A stretch of DNA of 64,000 nucleotides. Source: Antedon mediterranea (taxonomy: Eukaryota; Animalia; Echinodermata). The position numbers were made by a program, and so were the translations under genes. The notes below the pieces were generated by a model. That model searched no databases and was not told where the DNA came from. It was given only the letters and a program-made list of their open reading frames with translations. Shown piece by piece: positions 24,513 through 38,514 of this stretch. The stretch spans positions 10,278,795 to 10,342,794 of the forward strand of contig NC_092670.1 of the NCBI RefSeq assembly GCF_964355755.1. The letters run 5' to 3'. Each line of letters begins with the position of its first letter. Within the stretch, counting starts at the first letter, position 1.

Positions 24513-27500
24513 CAACGTAAGTTTTATTGGTTTACTATCAAAGAACTACTTATATTATTATTAAAGTATAAACAGCTAATAATTATACTGTATTTATTTT
24601 TGCCTTAATTGTTGTTTTTGCTTTGAAATTAAGTAGAAAATTAAGACAATTTGATGCTTAAGGTATTTTTTTTGTCGATTAAAAATATTATTTGCTAGTT
24701 ATAATTTTGCTGATTATGCTAATTATAATTTTGCTAATTATAATTTTGCTGATTATGCTAATTATAATTGTGCATAATTAAAAATCTAAATAAATAAGAG
24801 TGAGTTAATGGTTTTTACCAATATCGTTATCTGTGCATATTTTATGTTCGCATGGTAATCGAATTTTGCTTGGAATGAGATATTAAAAATCTACCGGAAG
24901 AAAATGTTGTAATTTTATGATTTTGAATATAAACAGGTTGTTAAATGTATGTTTTCCATGTGTCTTTATTATGAAATATTACAATATATGTCTGGGCATT
25001 TTATATCGAAAAGGCATTATTTTCGCGAATGTTAAATGTATGTTTTTCGTAGGTATTTTATATTATAAAATATGATTATTTTCGCGAATGATAAATGTGT
25101 TTGTCGCATTAATATTTTATATTTTAACAAAGGTAATTGTTTTTTGTTTGTTTGTACTTTGTACACTTATTTTATAGTATTACGGTACTGTAATATCTGT
25201 TTGTTCCAAATAATATTGAATTCCGGCATGATTACATTGGTTGTATATGGTTTACCAATCTACATATAGTAACACCTTCAGGCCACAGTGTCCCCTTAAT
25301 AGGAGTGTCCTTTAAATAGGATTTGGCTAAAATGTTAAAACATATTACCTTTCATTTCTTTCATGAGAAATTGTCCCCTTAATAGGAGTGTCCTTTAAAT
25401 TAGATTTGGCTATAATGTTAAAACATATTGCCATTTATTTATTGCACGAGAAATTGTGTTATTAGGGGTGTTGAAATGGTGGGCCTTCTACTGTAGTATG
25501 GTTTCACGTTGAAAGATATAGAAAAAGTGCAGTCCCATATACCTTATCTCGCTTCTAAATAAATAATATCAATAATAATATTTAGAATATGTAAATATCC
25601 TTGTAATTTAGCTTTGGCTGCGATGACGATATTTGAAATAAATTAAATGAATGGAAAAAAATAAAATGAATAATGATTTTAAAGCATAAGCCAGCAATAT
25701 GCCTGTATATGTTACACAAATTAATCCTCTAGCCAATTATCCGTCATATAAGGGAATAAATTTCAATTGTAATGAACTCTGATTAAATGAACTTCTACAT
25801 AAAATCAATGTTTTATTTTATGTCAGAGCTACGTGCCGAAAAATAAATTTGCGACTACATAAATTCTAGCAGATCGTGATTAGATTAGCCCTTTGAGGTA
25901 AACAAGTGGAGAAAAGTAACTTGTATTCTCATTCAATAAACCATTATTAAAGTCATGTACGACTATTACAACTTGTATTCTCATTCAAAGACCAACTACC
26001 AAGAGAAACATAATAACAATCGCCAAATTGTAAACCTGGTTTAATGAATGCCGAGCTGGATGAAGTGATTTTGTCCGTTTTGCGTAAACAAAGAATTAAA
26101 GATGGTTTTAGTCGCGGATAATGTCTTTATTTTTACTTTGAATTTAAGCATCGTGCAAGGAAAGGCTTAAATAATAAATAGATGTTTTTATTTACAACGT
26201 CTGCGAGATTGAAAAGTCGGCGAGTCCATTTTAGCCTTAAAGCAACACGTAGAGAAAAGAACAAATTAATGAATAAACCATGGCTTATTACACCATACAA
26301 ACAAAGTCGATTAAACCTATGTCTACACTATCAAACTCGTTTGACAAAAAAAGTGATATATATGGCAGATATATGCCCAAGTATGGTATTGATATGACAT
26401 CATCATGTCCATATATGGTCACATGTTGTCACATCAAGTTTGAGAGTGTGGACAGAGCTTCAGTCCTACCATGGAGAAATAAGTTATTTCTCCATGGTCA
26501 TACTGTGTTATGTTCTAATGTATCTATACTATACAAGTTTGTTTATTACACCGACGTGGATGTGATGCTGAGACTGAGAATATAATTGTTTTTGGTCCAG
26601 AATAAATGTTCATCTTAAATCCTCGTGTTTAAAATTGCTATTGTTATTATAAAAATATAACCACTTTGCAACATTAATTTCAAGCTCAGTTGTTTTTTTG
26701 TTGAAAATATTTATATTTCGTAATACAGGTAAATAGTATAGAAACTAAACTCGAAGCTACCCTTTAATAAATCGATGCTCAAAAACATCGCTCATATTTT
26801 ATTTAAATCACGCAAATTGCGTCATCGGTATTATAACAACTTCGGTTAATTTTTTTTCCGATACTGTTTTATCATAAACCACAAACACGGCATATTGGCT
26901 GAGACAATTATTTTGATACTACACAGAGACTTAAGAATAAGCATACAACATCATTTTCTGGCATGTTGGGAAAGAATGAATGGAACAAAGGTATAGGGTT
27001 GCTACTGTCATTCTCGCGTTCAAAAAATCGTTTTTAAATTCTATGCGCCCGTAAAATATGCCTCCATTATTTAGCGATGGTGGATTGTTGATATTGCTTT
27101 CACTGTCAAGGACAACATTTAAAAGACGCGCGCGTTCACATTCTGATGAATTTAATTTACCGCGCGTGTAAAAGAATTTTACAGACGTGCGCGTTCAAAT
27201 GCTGATAAATTCGTTCGTTTGTACGCATGTATCTCCTTCTTGGTGTACAAGTTCACACCGTATAATCAGTTTTACTTGTACTGGATTGTATTCTTATGTA
27301 GTAAAACATTGCTATGAAACGCTAATTCGGTTTTTTGAAATGATAATAATGTTTTTGTTGTTGAAACCAGGTTGTTTATGCGTATTGCTGTTTCATTGAT
27401 ATTTCTTTAAAGAGTTTCTTTACCTTCTAACATAACATTTTTCACCGTTGATTTTAGTTACGTAATAAATTTTATCGTTGAATGAAGGGTTGTCTGCTAT

Positions 27501-29439
27501 GATCTTCGCGAAACGAAGTTTACCTTAGATATAGAAGATGTTTCTTTTTCTCATTTGATGATCTATTTGTTGATGATCTGTCTCTGATTTCATAAGCTTC
27601 AAAATGAGCTCACTTTTTAGGTTGCAGATTCAATTATTTTCTCCGCTTCACGTGATCTACTTGTTAATGACTCCTTATGAACTACTTTTGAGGAAATTGC
27701 TTTACTTACAAAATCCTTGGTGGCGCTATTATTAATTACATGTGATAATATTGATGAAAATAATAGATGATTTCTTAGATGATTTAGTTTGCGATAGACT
27801 GAAGTTAAAATAACACACCTCGGGCAGCAGGTAAGCGATTCATTTATTGTTACTGTTATAATGTATACAGGTGCATACTACTGTAGGCCTCCTAGTTCCC
27901 TTTGAAGTGGGCACTCAACAGCAAGTCCATAACAGTTAACCCTTTTTAGAGGACACCCATATTGTATGAATTGAAGGGAACACTTCGTTGGTCCCCAAAG
28001 GTGTTCTCATCATAATAGGGATTCTCCTTATTTGCTATTTCATAACATTCAGTGACTTAACGGGAGACATAAAGTAGACGCGCGTGTACTAAAGTGACCT
28101 TAATTATTTTTGTCAGTTTTTGAGCGCGCGCGTCACATCATGGTTGCCAACAGCTCTTCGTTGGATACAGACGTAAAATAGACCTAAAATGATAAATTTC
28201 AATTCACAGAAACATCGAATGATGTGATGGATGTATCGCAAGCATACTATTTTTATTTGTGCATACACCATGAAAACAATGATATATATATTTTTTATGT
28301 GTAATTTCTTCACGGTTTAAAGAGTTCCAAGCCGGGATTAGGAATATAGTCTTGGTTTCTCACTATGACGCAACGTAAGGACGTAAGCGCAAAACAAGTA
28401 ATTCTCACTTTGGCGTTGCGTTCTGTGGGAAACAATTTGTGTATATTAAAAGTTTAGTTTTATATAATATGTTTTTAATGTATAGGCCTATATATTTTTG
28501 TTTCAAAATCTTCAAATTGAAACTCATTTAAAACTTGTTTTGCCCTTTTTTGTTTACAAAATCACTTTATTCGGGTTTATGTATTTATACACTGAGCATT
28601 TGAAAATATTTGAATTGACGCGTAATACTACTTGTTTGTCCATATTATTATTCAAGATATCCTAACCACTTATCAGATAGATGCACCCCAAGACACCCCC
28701 TTTTCCCATTAACAAAATGTAAAACGTCGTAAGTCCCATTAACCCAAGTCTGACGTGCTCCTATGCTAAAAAGAAAGCAGATTTGGCTGATTTTCATCAT
28801 GAAACACGTTAACACAGGACCCCGTAGGCCTACATGAAGAAAAATTGGGTGTGATTTAAACCGGCCTTAAGCCTACTTTGTAAAGTTTAATCGAAATGAA
28901 TTTGTACTTAAGGCATTGGATTAATCATCTGGTTCCTTGCATCACATCTACTGTGTCGATAATTATCACTATCAAGGATTCTACATACTAAGTATATTCT
29001 AATTCTCGGTACTGTGTCTAGATTTCTCCACAGTGTCATAACAATTCTGTAATACAGCGGTACATGTTTCACATGGTATCAAACCTACCCATGATACATT
29101 CACTAAAATGTGATACACATTGAACTCTGCATCATTTAAGGTTATAGTTAAAAGTGATGCTGTATATACGGTATTTAGACCTATATGCCTACTGTGAAAA
29201 TATCGTAATATTAGGATATACAGAGGCCTACTGGGAATCCGGTCACTACGAGTCTCTTTAAATAATTTTCTGATTTATTCCACAACATATTGGTGTACTG
29301 AATAATGATGTCGACTCTCTCATCTTATTAGGTACCTCAGTTGATTGCATATAATTCTCTATGGACAGTACATCAATTTCAAGCACTATAGATTAAAATT
29401 ATTCTTATAATATTATTATTTCTAACTTCCAATCATTAA

Positions 29440-29599
29440 AGCTTGGTTCCCACTAGGATGCAACACAAGCACGTAGACCCAACGCAAGCGAGTTGATGAC
29501 CAATCACACGCGACTATTCGAATAATTCATCGCTTGAGATTGGTCAAATCACTTGCGTTGCGTTACGTCTTAGCGTTGCGTCCTAGCGGGAACCAAGCT
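29440..29599. mobile_element. Palindromic ~160-bp MITE (Harbinger/Tourist-like)
   Basis: AGCTTGGTTCCCACTAG...CTAGCGGGAACCAAGCT with TAA TSD; related copies at ~28350-28435, ~30555-30650, 32235-32413 and 32417-32560. Confidence 0.8.
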
Positions 29600-30355
29600 T
29601 AATAGGCCTAATATTGGTTTTTTGGGACCTTAGGGATAACAGTACGATAATGTATTTATTTATGATTAGGGTTGTATGCAAACGTTTCTCTTCTTGCAAG
29701 ATCGACATTTCACGGAATTTTCCAGATACTAGAATCCAGCAAACTTCGTCATTGCAAGTTTTGGTAGAGTTTTTACATGTTGTAGAATAGACTTCGGGAA
29801 AACAAACAGATTATGTGAGAATTGTGAATGATACCAAAATCAAATCTCTGGCATAAAGGCTGATTTAAACAGACGAGCGGTAACGGTAAGCGGACAAAAC
29901 CGCGTAGCTTGTCCCACGTAGAATATGTATCTATCCTGAGCGGAAATCGCTCGTCCGCTCCGCGTTGTGTGTAAATGATAGATTCTATATTTTTATTACC
30001 GTTACCGCTCGTTTAAATGTGTAAGTGTAAATTGGCATTAAGGGACATACACACACACAGCGCTGGTTTTACAATGATTGGGACTGATGGTGATACGGAT
30101 GATAAGAATGATGACAACGGCGACTACTGCAACCAATAGAAAACTCGGTTGCTCGTTTATGAGACGATTAATCGTGTTCCGTAGATTACATGATCAGTGC
30201 AAGATTTATGACGGATTTTGAAGCTTTCGATAGTGATCCGATAATCAACGTTGAACTACGCGGATGGTTTTATTTCGTAGTTTAAACAAACATAATTGAG
30301 CTCAAGTCCACGAAAAGATAATCTCATCGATATGCAAAATAAAGTGTTTTCAGTG

Positions 30356-30491
30356 CAGGGGCGTAACGACTAGCGCTCACTGGGTAAACCCAGGGGCTCC
30401 GGAGCTTATGGGGCCGGGGGACCATGAGCAGTGCCCAGAAGAAGAAAGAGTTTCTAAACCAGGGGCCTCAGGCCTCTGCCTTACGTCTCTG
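30356..30491. mobile_element. hAT-like MITE
   Basis: CAGGGGCGTAA...TTACGTCTCTG termini; 8-bp flanks TTTCAGTG / GTTCAGTG. Confidence 0.65.
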
Positions 30492-30874
30492 GTTCAGTGC
30501 GTACGTAAATGAACGTGCGTGCAGTAGTCTACGTAGCAAACTACTCTGCTTTGAGCTTTGTTTCCACTGAGACGCGCGCAACGCAAGTGTGTCATCGCTT
30601 GTGATTGGCCAAACACTTATGCTGCGCTTACGTTCTTGCTTTGCTCTAGGATAGTTAAATAAAGCATTACTATTTAAACTTAGGTGTAATTTGCCCTGAC
30701 CGTTTTGCTCTTTAGAAAGCCGCCCACTACAAAATTACAAATATTAATTAACTAAACTTAAAGTAGATGAAAAGTGACACTAGACAGCTAGAAGTTTACC
30801 GTATGTATTTGTGTAGTTAACAGTAATTTAGATTGTAAACAACGAATTACTACTGGTTATATTTTACAAAGTTT

Positions 30875-31060
30875 AGAGAGTGATATGATGAGGCATGGGT
30901 TCGAGCCTGCCTGTGCCATATTGATTGCATCCTTAAGATACTTTACTCTCGTTGCCTTGTCATTCAGATCGGACGTAAAGTAGTCATCCTCTGCACTGTG
31001 ACTGCCGTGGGTTCACGTAGGGACCTCAAGTAAGCTTGAGAACGATTACATTTACATTTT
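30875..31060 (+). mobile_element. SINE related to the 13.4-kb element but lacking the 5S head
   Basis: GGTTCGAGCC B-box; shares TTGCATCCTTA..CTTTACTCTC.TTGCCT, GCCGTGGGT and AAGCTTGAG blocks; (CATTTA)n tail. Confidence 0.65.
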
Positions 31061-31752
31061 AGTTGATGAGCAGTTTCATAAATAGGCATATTTAATATGC
31101 AAGAAAAAAACAATAGACGGGCTTTCAATACGTGTATCTACTTCATAAACAATGTTTTTCAGCAAGAACGGTATTAGTAGCCTAATGAAATGCTTGTTAT
31201 CACTTCGTATCTAATGTGTATACATTTCAGTATTTAGTTTTATACACAGACGTACTTTTGATGTATATTGAAAATGATACTGGGATTTATCCGAGACAAC
31301 AATATCGTTGTATCTGCTTTTATAAAAGCTTAATTACTCATGTGCTCAATGTACTCATTGTAAACTAACATTTTATTGATGAAGAAATAAAAGTGGGTCG
31401 ATCCTACATAAGACAAAAAAAAAAAAAAAAGCTTAATTTTCCATCAAATTATTTTTACGTTTCTTGTTCTGAAGGTACTATTTTCTCCTTTTCACACTCG
31501 GCGTCTACTTAAAAAAATCTGCACATATTTAAAATAACATAAGGACTACATTTGGCAAAATCAAAGTAAACTCAGTGAATCTACACGAATCGTTCTTTTT
31601 TTAAAAACAAACCACAGACAAGCAAAGCAATCAGATTTAGATGCTACACGTTTATTTTGATTTTCCAAACTTAATATGTGTTACGTACTGTAAATCTGTC
31701 TTTAAAGTCAGTAGGTGCGTTTTTAATTTCATATTAATTTTGTTATTATAGA

Positions 31753-34700
31753 ATGGACGATTATGCTACCTTTCCAGCCGCTGGAATCAACGACTATGAC
31801 ATTTCGTACGGGAACGATTATTACGACATAGTAAACATGTTAGACGTCGAACAGATCGCCATACCGTTTACGTGGACGTTGTTCATTGTGATTGGTTTAG
31901 GCTGTAACAGTCTTATCATTTACGTGGTGTGTAGGTTCGGTACAATGAGAACTGTTACTAACTGCTACATTGTCAATATCTCAGTTACGGATATTATGTT
32001 TCTGGTGTTGTGTGCTCCCTTCACTATCTTCACGTATACAAAACATGTGTGGATCTTTGGAAACGCGCTGTGTCGTATCGTTATGTATCTCATGCAGGTG
32101 TGTTAATTCATTGTGCATATAACTTTTTTCCTACTTGGACCAACATGGTAATTTGACCAATCACTAGGCGATGGATCTTCTGAATTTAATTACTTGTATC
32201 GGTAAACTCACTTGCGTTGTTGCGTCCAAGCTGAAGCGTGGTTCCCACTAGCGCCGCAACACAAGGACGTAACGCAACGAAAGTGAATTGACCAATCACA
32301 AGCGATGGCTTATTCGCTTGTGATTGCTAACTGTCTATAACTTCGCTTGTCATTGGTTAAAACGCTTGCGTTGCGTTTACGTCCTTGCATTACGTTCTAG
32401 TGAGAACCAAGCTTTAATCTTGGTTCGTACTAGGACGTAACGCAAGGACGTGAATGCAACGCAAGCGAACCGACCAATGATAAGCGACAGTTTCGTATAA
32501 TTATGATTGGTCAAATTGCCATACTTTGCTCTTACGTCGTTTCGTCGCGTCCTAGTGGGTTATATGCGGCCGGGGAGCGATATTTCTTTTCCTACATAAG
32601 TTGGGGGCCACTCATGAAACGTCACAAAATAAACATGACTACTATTCATTAGTCATCATTAAGGTGTGACGTAAGAATTGATCTAACTACAATTCAATAA
32701 CAACAATACAAATGAAAACGCTTTCTGTCGAGCCGTCAAATGGATTAGAATATGAACTTTACATGTCAATGTATCGGGTTCGAATCCCACGAGCAACTTA
32801 TTTTTACTTTATAGTGAGAGAAATTATTTAGAGGGCTAGGTTCAGTTATTAGGAAGTAGTTTGGCTATCTTTCACATAAGGGGTTCCCCAAATTATGTAC
32901 GAAAAGAAAAATCGCGGCCGGGACGTGTTTCCTCGACATGATTTAGTGGTTTATAGGAGGTCGTCTAGGCGAGGCTCACCGACGAAACGTCAGTCAATCG
33001 AATTAATAGAACCGTCTAACAAAACTCACAAAATTTAATGATGGAATACGTCACACATGATTGTGTTCAATTTTGGAATGCCATGTTATATTTAATTTTA
33101 GTTTGTGCCTTCCATACCTGTCACTTTCTCTTGATGTAAAAAAGTGAAAATGATCACTCTTTTGTATTCCACTTTTAAAACAATTTACTCTTATAACGAG
33201 TGAAATATCCACTCGCTCTGTTTTCAATTATTTAGCTCATGGCCGGCTGATTCGTGTCGCACGAATATTTCAGGCATGGCAGCAGATGGTAATACTCTTT
33301 ATTTCATTATTATATTGCTCTATTTATCAAAATGTAGTTATTTTTTAAGGTGTCTGTCCACGCGACGTCACTGACGTTAATGGCAATGAACATTGACCGA
33401 TATTTTGCCATCGTGTATCCACTGAAATCCATCCGATATCGGACGCCTACCCTGGCACTCACTATCAACATATCAATCTGGATCAGTAAGTACATATTTT
33501 ATATGGAATTATATCGGACGAAGACATGGCTAATTTTGAATACCGTTTATTCTTAGCAATTTTGTCCTGGAACCTATACACTCGTCTTAATGGGAGGACA
33601 AGTCTGAGGGTAAAGACTATAGGAACCGTATGTTCACTGTCCACAATTGCTAGTGTTAATTGCTTGTGTGCACTAGTACTATAATAAGTATTCGTGACAC
33701 TTGTGAATGCGGCATAGTTTGTTAATAGTTCAACCGTGGCGTACGGTCTAGTTTTTTTAATACTTTGTAATAATTTAGGTTATTGATAGATATAGACAGT
33801 ATTAGTTTCAAGATTAATTTGATAATGAAAAAAGTATTGAATTAGTGTATGAGAGGAATGACACTGACTACAAGCGATGATCGTAATAAGATGGTTATAT
33901 CAAGATGTCATTAGGTAAAGTGTGACTGACTATCGACAGTCATCTAGATACAAAAGTCCTAGGTATAGGTGTAATAAGCATGGTGAAGATTAAATTATAC
34001 ATTCACATAATATACAGCATCTAATTTATCACATGTGGAGCCTGTATCATGTAAGGTTAAGTTAAGGGTTAGGTTACTACACTAAATACACATGTGATCT
34101 ATTCCCAAATATTCCTATGATAATTTGGAAATATAGATACAGTACCGAGAATCGGCTGGACACCTACTAACTCGAAAGAAAGTTTTCGTTAAATAACCTT
34201 TTATGCTGTCTTTGATAAAAATAATATTTATAAAATTCTAATAAATTTACGTCATGATAAATATAAAATCGTTGTATTATCACGATGTTATTGCTCTTAC
34301 TGATCATGACGTCATTTGATTGGACGTGTGAAAATATCATTTTCATAAAAGGAAGCATGGTTATTCTATATTTCTGGAATAAAAATTGCTATTTATTTAA
34401 TACTTTTTAAATGAATTTTCTTCCATTTAGTTTCATCGCTTTTATCGATTCCAATTTCCATATTTTCAACGGTTATGGATTTCAACGGAAGACATTACTG
34501 TGTTGAAGAGTTCAACGAACAAGGGTTGTTAGCGCACTACATTTACGTTGTGTTCAGTACCTACATAATCCCGCTCTCCGTCCTCGTTGTCTGCAACGTC
34601 AACATGTTGCGTCAACTGTGGAAGACGCGGGAACAGCTCCGAGACACAACATTAAGCCTGCACTCGATATACAACAACGAAAGAAAGTTACCAAGATGAT

Positions 34701-35007
34701 ACTGCTGGTTGTTGTCTTTTTCTTTATTTGTTGGTTACCGATACACGTGATAAATCTGTGGCAAAGACTCGGTAATAGTATCAACAATAACTTGGCCATT
34801 TCAAAGCTCAGGATTTTTGCTCTAACACTGGCGTACAGTAACTCGTGCGTAAACCCATTTGTGTACGCGTTCATGGGCGAGAATTTTCGCGCGTGTTTTA
34901 GAAGAGCATTCCCGATGTGTACAAAAGTGAACCGAGTGAGGAATAGTAGTATGTTATTAAACAACAATCGGACAAGAGAAACACAGGTACAAAAGGACAT
35001 GGTTTAA
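31753..35007 (+). CDS. Kisspeptin receptor (GPR54/KISS1R)-like class A GPCR; exons 31753-32097, 33350-33485, 34431-35007; frameshift near 34669
   Basis: MRTVTNCYIVN, Q|VSVHATSLTLMAMNIDRY...YRTP, CWLP and YSNSCVNPFVYAFMGENFR resemble KISS1R; GT-AG junction phases are consistent (0, 1). Confidence 0.85.
32235..32560. mobile_element. Two adjacent copies of the palindromic MITE in GPCR intron 1
   Basis: TGGTTCCCACTAG...CTAGTGAGAACCAAGCT followed directly by TCTTGGTTCGTACTAG...CTAGTGGG. Confidence 0.7.
32568..32922. mobile_element. TIR element; another left end at ~63900-64000
   Basis: GCGATATTTCTTTTCCTACATAAGTTGGGG and its inverse CCCCAAATTATGTACGAAAAGAAAAATCGC; same left-end sequence at the window end. 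Confidence 0.6.
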
Positions 35008-36144
35008 GCTATAAGATCTTAATACCTTTCCATTTCACGGAATGAAATACATCGTTTTAGAAGCAGGTTGAATACAAAAACAGCGACGTTTCCGTTCCAA
35101 ATAGAATAAGCATTGAATGCAGAGATTTATTATGTCCTTCCGTAACCTGCTGAATAACGACAAGTCGATTTTAATACTTTTTAATATATATATATGTATA
35201 TATTTTAAAAAATGGCAACAACTAATAATAATATCTTAAACTATCATCAATTTCTTTCTGACGAAGGAAACTGAGGCCTAGTGTTTGCAGGCTCATAGGA
35301 TGATTGCTGATTCTTCATTTTCGCTTATTTTATTTTGCATTACCATTGCGATACAATAGTGGCCGTATTATATTCACACAATTGAGATATTTCCCTAGTG
35401 TTTATTAAGATCATTATCACAATATCACTTTATAAAATTGTGTGTAACGTCTCTGTCTATGGGTGACATGTCAACCACAAAATCCCGTGATTACGTTTCT
35501 ATTATAATATATTTTTCCTGACAACTATTAAAATGAACAAAGTGCACCTTTTATAACATTCTGATGGCCTGTTTGCAGTAGGCTCTACTTTTGAATGAGC
35601 GCACTTGAGTGGTGTTAAGACTGCAATACAGTATCATGTGCGTGCTCTAAGCGATCGCATTACACTGTTTGTGTCGGACAATTACTCCGCGAAAAATATG
35701 TACAGGCTGTACGCGCGCCCTCTCTGAGGAGGATACAGAAGGTATCAGGTCAAGTCAGGTAGTAGGTAGGGCTGTCGGTCCCGGTCTGTCTGGGCCTACT
35801 TATAGAGGATAATTATAATAAAAGCAAAATTACCTTATTCTTTTAGTTAGGTGGCCTTGCAATATTCTCTAGGCTAGCATAGTTAAGTAAGTTGTATATA
35901 CACTATTCTAAGAGAGGGGAAGTAGGAAGTAGGCCCTCTAGCTAGCTAGTAGGCCTACTAAGTCTTGCCTAGCTAATAAGGCTAGGCTCTAAGCCTAGCT
36001 ACCTACTACTAGGCTAGGCCGGACAAGTAAGCCCTAGCTAATTAGGCCTAGATAGAGGCCTCGAGCAAGTACTAGGCCTAGTCTAGTAGGCTGGTATCAA
36101 TATTTAGTACACAGTGGCTGCATCATTAGGCCTATGCCTAGTCG

Positions 36145-37989
36145 GGTTTACGATGAAATCGGTCGCGTCTGAAATCGGTCGCGATAAAATCAACTTCCGG
36201 TATTTTGTATGGCGCGCCGCTAGAGCTATATTTAATAATAATTGATATTTTTTAGGAACTAGATTATTTATGTGGATATTTTTTACTTGGTTAATAAATA
36301 TTTATTATCAATCATATTAAATTATTTTTTTTTTGTATTTCACAGGTCTCGGAGAAGGACTGTGTCTTTTCAAAATGGCCATTTCTAAAACACGTTTAAA
36401 TATTATATTAGGCATAATGTTATATTAGGCATATAATAATTTACCTCTATTTATATGTACTGTAATTAATATATTATTATATAGAGAATATACGTCTGTC
36501 GTGTCTTTTATTATGCAAACAATTACGTAAAAGAGAACAATTTATTTAAAAACAATAATTTTTACAATAATTTAAAATAAAGCCAGCGTATTCATTTTTA
36601 TACTTTTGCATACTGTGGCAGATTATATCATATCCATGTCGTTAACAACATACTATTCGATCACCTTATTTTATTTCTATTTTTATTTCTATCCGTTATG
36701 TAGGATAATAATTAATATTAAGTGTATAATGATTATGTCTTTTGTTATTTAAACTTTGACCCTTGGCTTGTGTTATTTAATTAGTTGTTTTTTAAAAATT
36801 TTATTCATTGGACTTGATAATGATGGAGTCGAAACATCGTTCTTTTTTTAAGCGTTATTTTTCTATTATGTATTTATATTGATTATTGTTGAGGCAAATC
36901 ACGTGTATATTTTTATTTCTAATGTTTCAAATAGTTTTTAGTAAAATGATCATTATATGCGGATGGTTAAAAGGCGAGTTACTGAAATAAACCCCCGAAT
37001 AAGCCATATTGTGGAGATGCGCCTTCTATGATCGTGCAGCTGTTTCCCCTAACAATACGTTTTATTTTGCTGACGGGGTTTCCCCATTTTTAAAAAACAT
37101 GCACTTGTTAGTGTTAAATCATGGACAAAACACGTACAATCGTTGTCCATGGCGAGGTAAAGATGACGTCTATTACTAATAACCATACGTTTGAAACGTC
37201 TATAGGCCTCCTGCATGTGTTTTTGTGAAACGATCCAATGAGCTATAGATGCTTGACGCGATTATGAGATCATGTTCATTCATTCATTCTTTATTTATCC
37301 TTTAAAATCGAAATACATTTAAAACATATAGGTAACAAAATCAAGACACGTGGAAATCTAAGGATAAGCAAAAGTAATTAAAATCGCTGTAGCTCACAGG
37401 CTTGCTTATCCATATTAATTCCGAATAATACACTGTTTCTATAATTTGACAGTATGATTTATATATAATTTACGTATATTTTTTTATTTTTTTTTTTTTA
37501 TTTCATACTCATCCAACAGCGAGTAACCCGCCAATTACAGGATGGATAAACTATTTAATAATTTCACAAGACAAACATATACACAAGATGCTCTACATAA
37601 ACAAAGACTTATTATTAAGTCTTTGGGAGTGGAGTTGTAAATTGTCATGAGAAAAAAACCCTGACATATGACAGGGCTTGAACCCAGGACCCTTAGATTG
37701 GTAGCCAAGCATCATAACCACCAAGCCACAGCTCCACTCCTATACGTCGACGATAGGCCTACTATAGATTTTAATTTGAATATCTTTTATTTCTTCATTT
37801 ATAATAATCATCCGGCTCGATCCATACAAAATAGCGCGACCGATTTCAAACGCGACCGATTTCAAATGCGACCGATATCATCAAAAGTATAGCTCTAGCG
37901 GCGCGTCATACAAAATACCGGAAGTTGATTTTATCGCGACCGATTTCAAACGCGACCGATTTCAAGCGCGACCGATTTCATCTGACACC
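36145..37989. mobile_element. Non-autonomous DNA transposon with ~85-100 bp TIRs and 8-bp TSD (Merlin/MULE-like)
   Basis: TSD CCTAGTCG (36137-36144 / 37990-37997); TIR GG....GATGAAATCGGTCGCG...GCTAGAGCTATA with tandem GAAATCGGTCGCG subrepeats. Confidence 0.85.
37560..37740 (-). mobile_element. tRNA-derived SINE nested in the TIR element
   Basis: Minus strand TGGCTTGGTGG A-box and GGTTCAAGCC B-box at tRNA spacing; imperfect cloverleaf. Confidence 0.6.
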
Positions 37990-38514
37990 CCTAGTCGTAG
38001 ATCCAAGCTAGATTCTATATCTACGCCTATTAACCCGATCGGTGCGAAAGGCACTCTTTTTCGGGCCTCCGTCCCTCGTAACCTAAATTAAAACAGCATT
38101 ACATTGTGAGACTCGGGCACTACCCATTATTGACCATTCAGCCATCTAACCGGATTACAATGTATTGATATAACACATTAGTACAATAGCCATAGAGGGC
38201 GCTATATAGGATCTACAGTACGACTAGGTGTAGAGAGGCAGACAGTTCGTATTTAGTAAAGGCCTACTTTATACCAGGGAGTTGTAACTCCCTGTCTATA
38301 CTAGAGTGGTATAGGATCACAAGTTTATTAATATTTGTTATGTGTTTTTAATCAGATTATTTTTTTATTTCTCTCATTTTTTTACAGCATAGTCAATGCA
38401 TGGAGTAAAGGTCAATGGTTACACCATGCTATACATGACATCAAAATACATCTTTATAATAATTAATTGAGGATCTTTTGTTAGTTGACGTATTATGACA
38501 CGAAAGTTGTAAAG

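Larger units (their letters stand above)
22542..24563 (+). mobile_element. Penelope-like element, 5'-truncated, with inverted 5' pseudo-LTR
   Basis: RT (SYDVVSLFT, GMAMGSP, YVDD) + GIY-YIG endonuclease (GVVY...VYIGETGR); 22542-23048 is the reverse complement of 24057-24563. Confidence 0.95.

Noticed and set aside
27190-27836. Possible non-coding first exon of the GPCR (CAG|GTAAGC at ~27830)
   Set aside because: A donor-like site alone is insufficient without transcript data.
32960-32997. Hammerhead-like GAAACGTC motif
   Set aside because: No CUGANGA box or convincing stems.
37660-37740. Functional tRNA gene
   Set aside because: Acceptor stem pairing is poor; context fits a SINE head.
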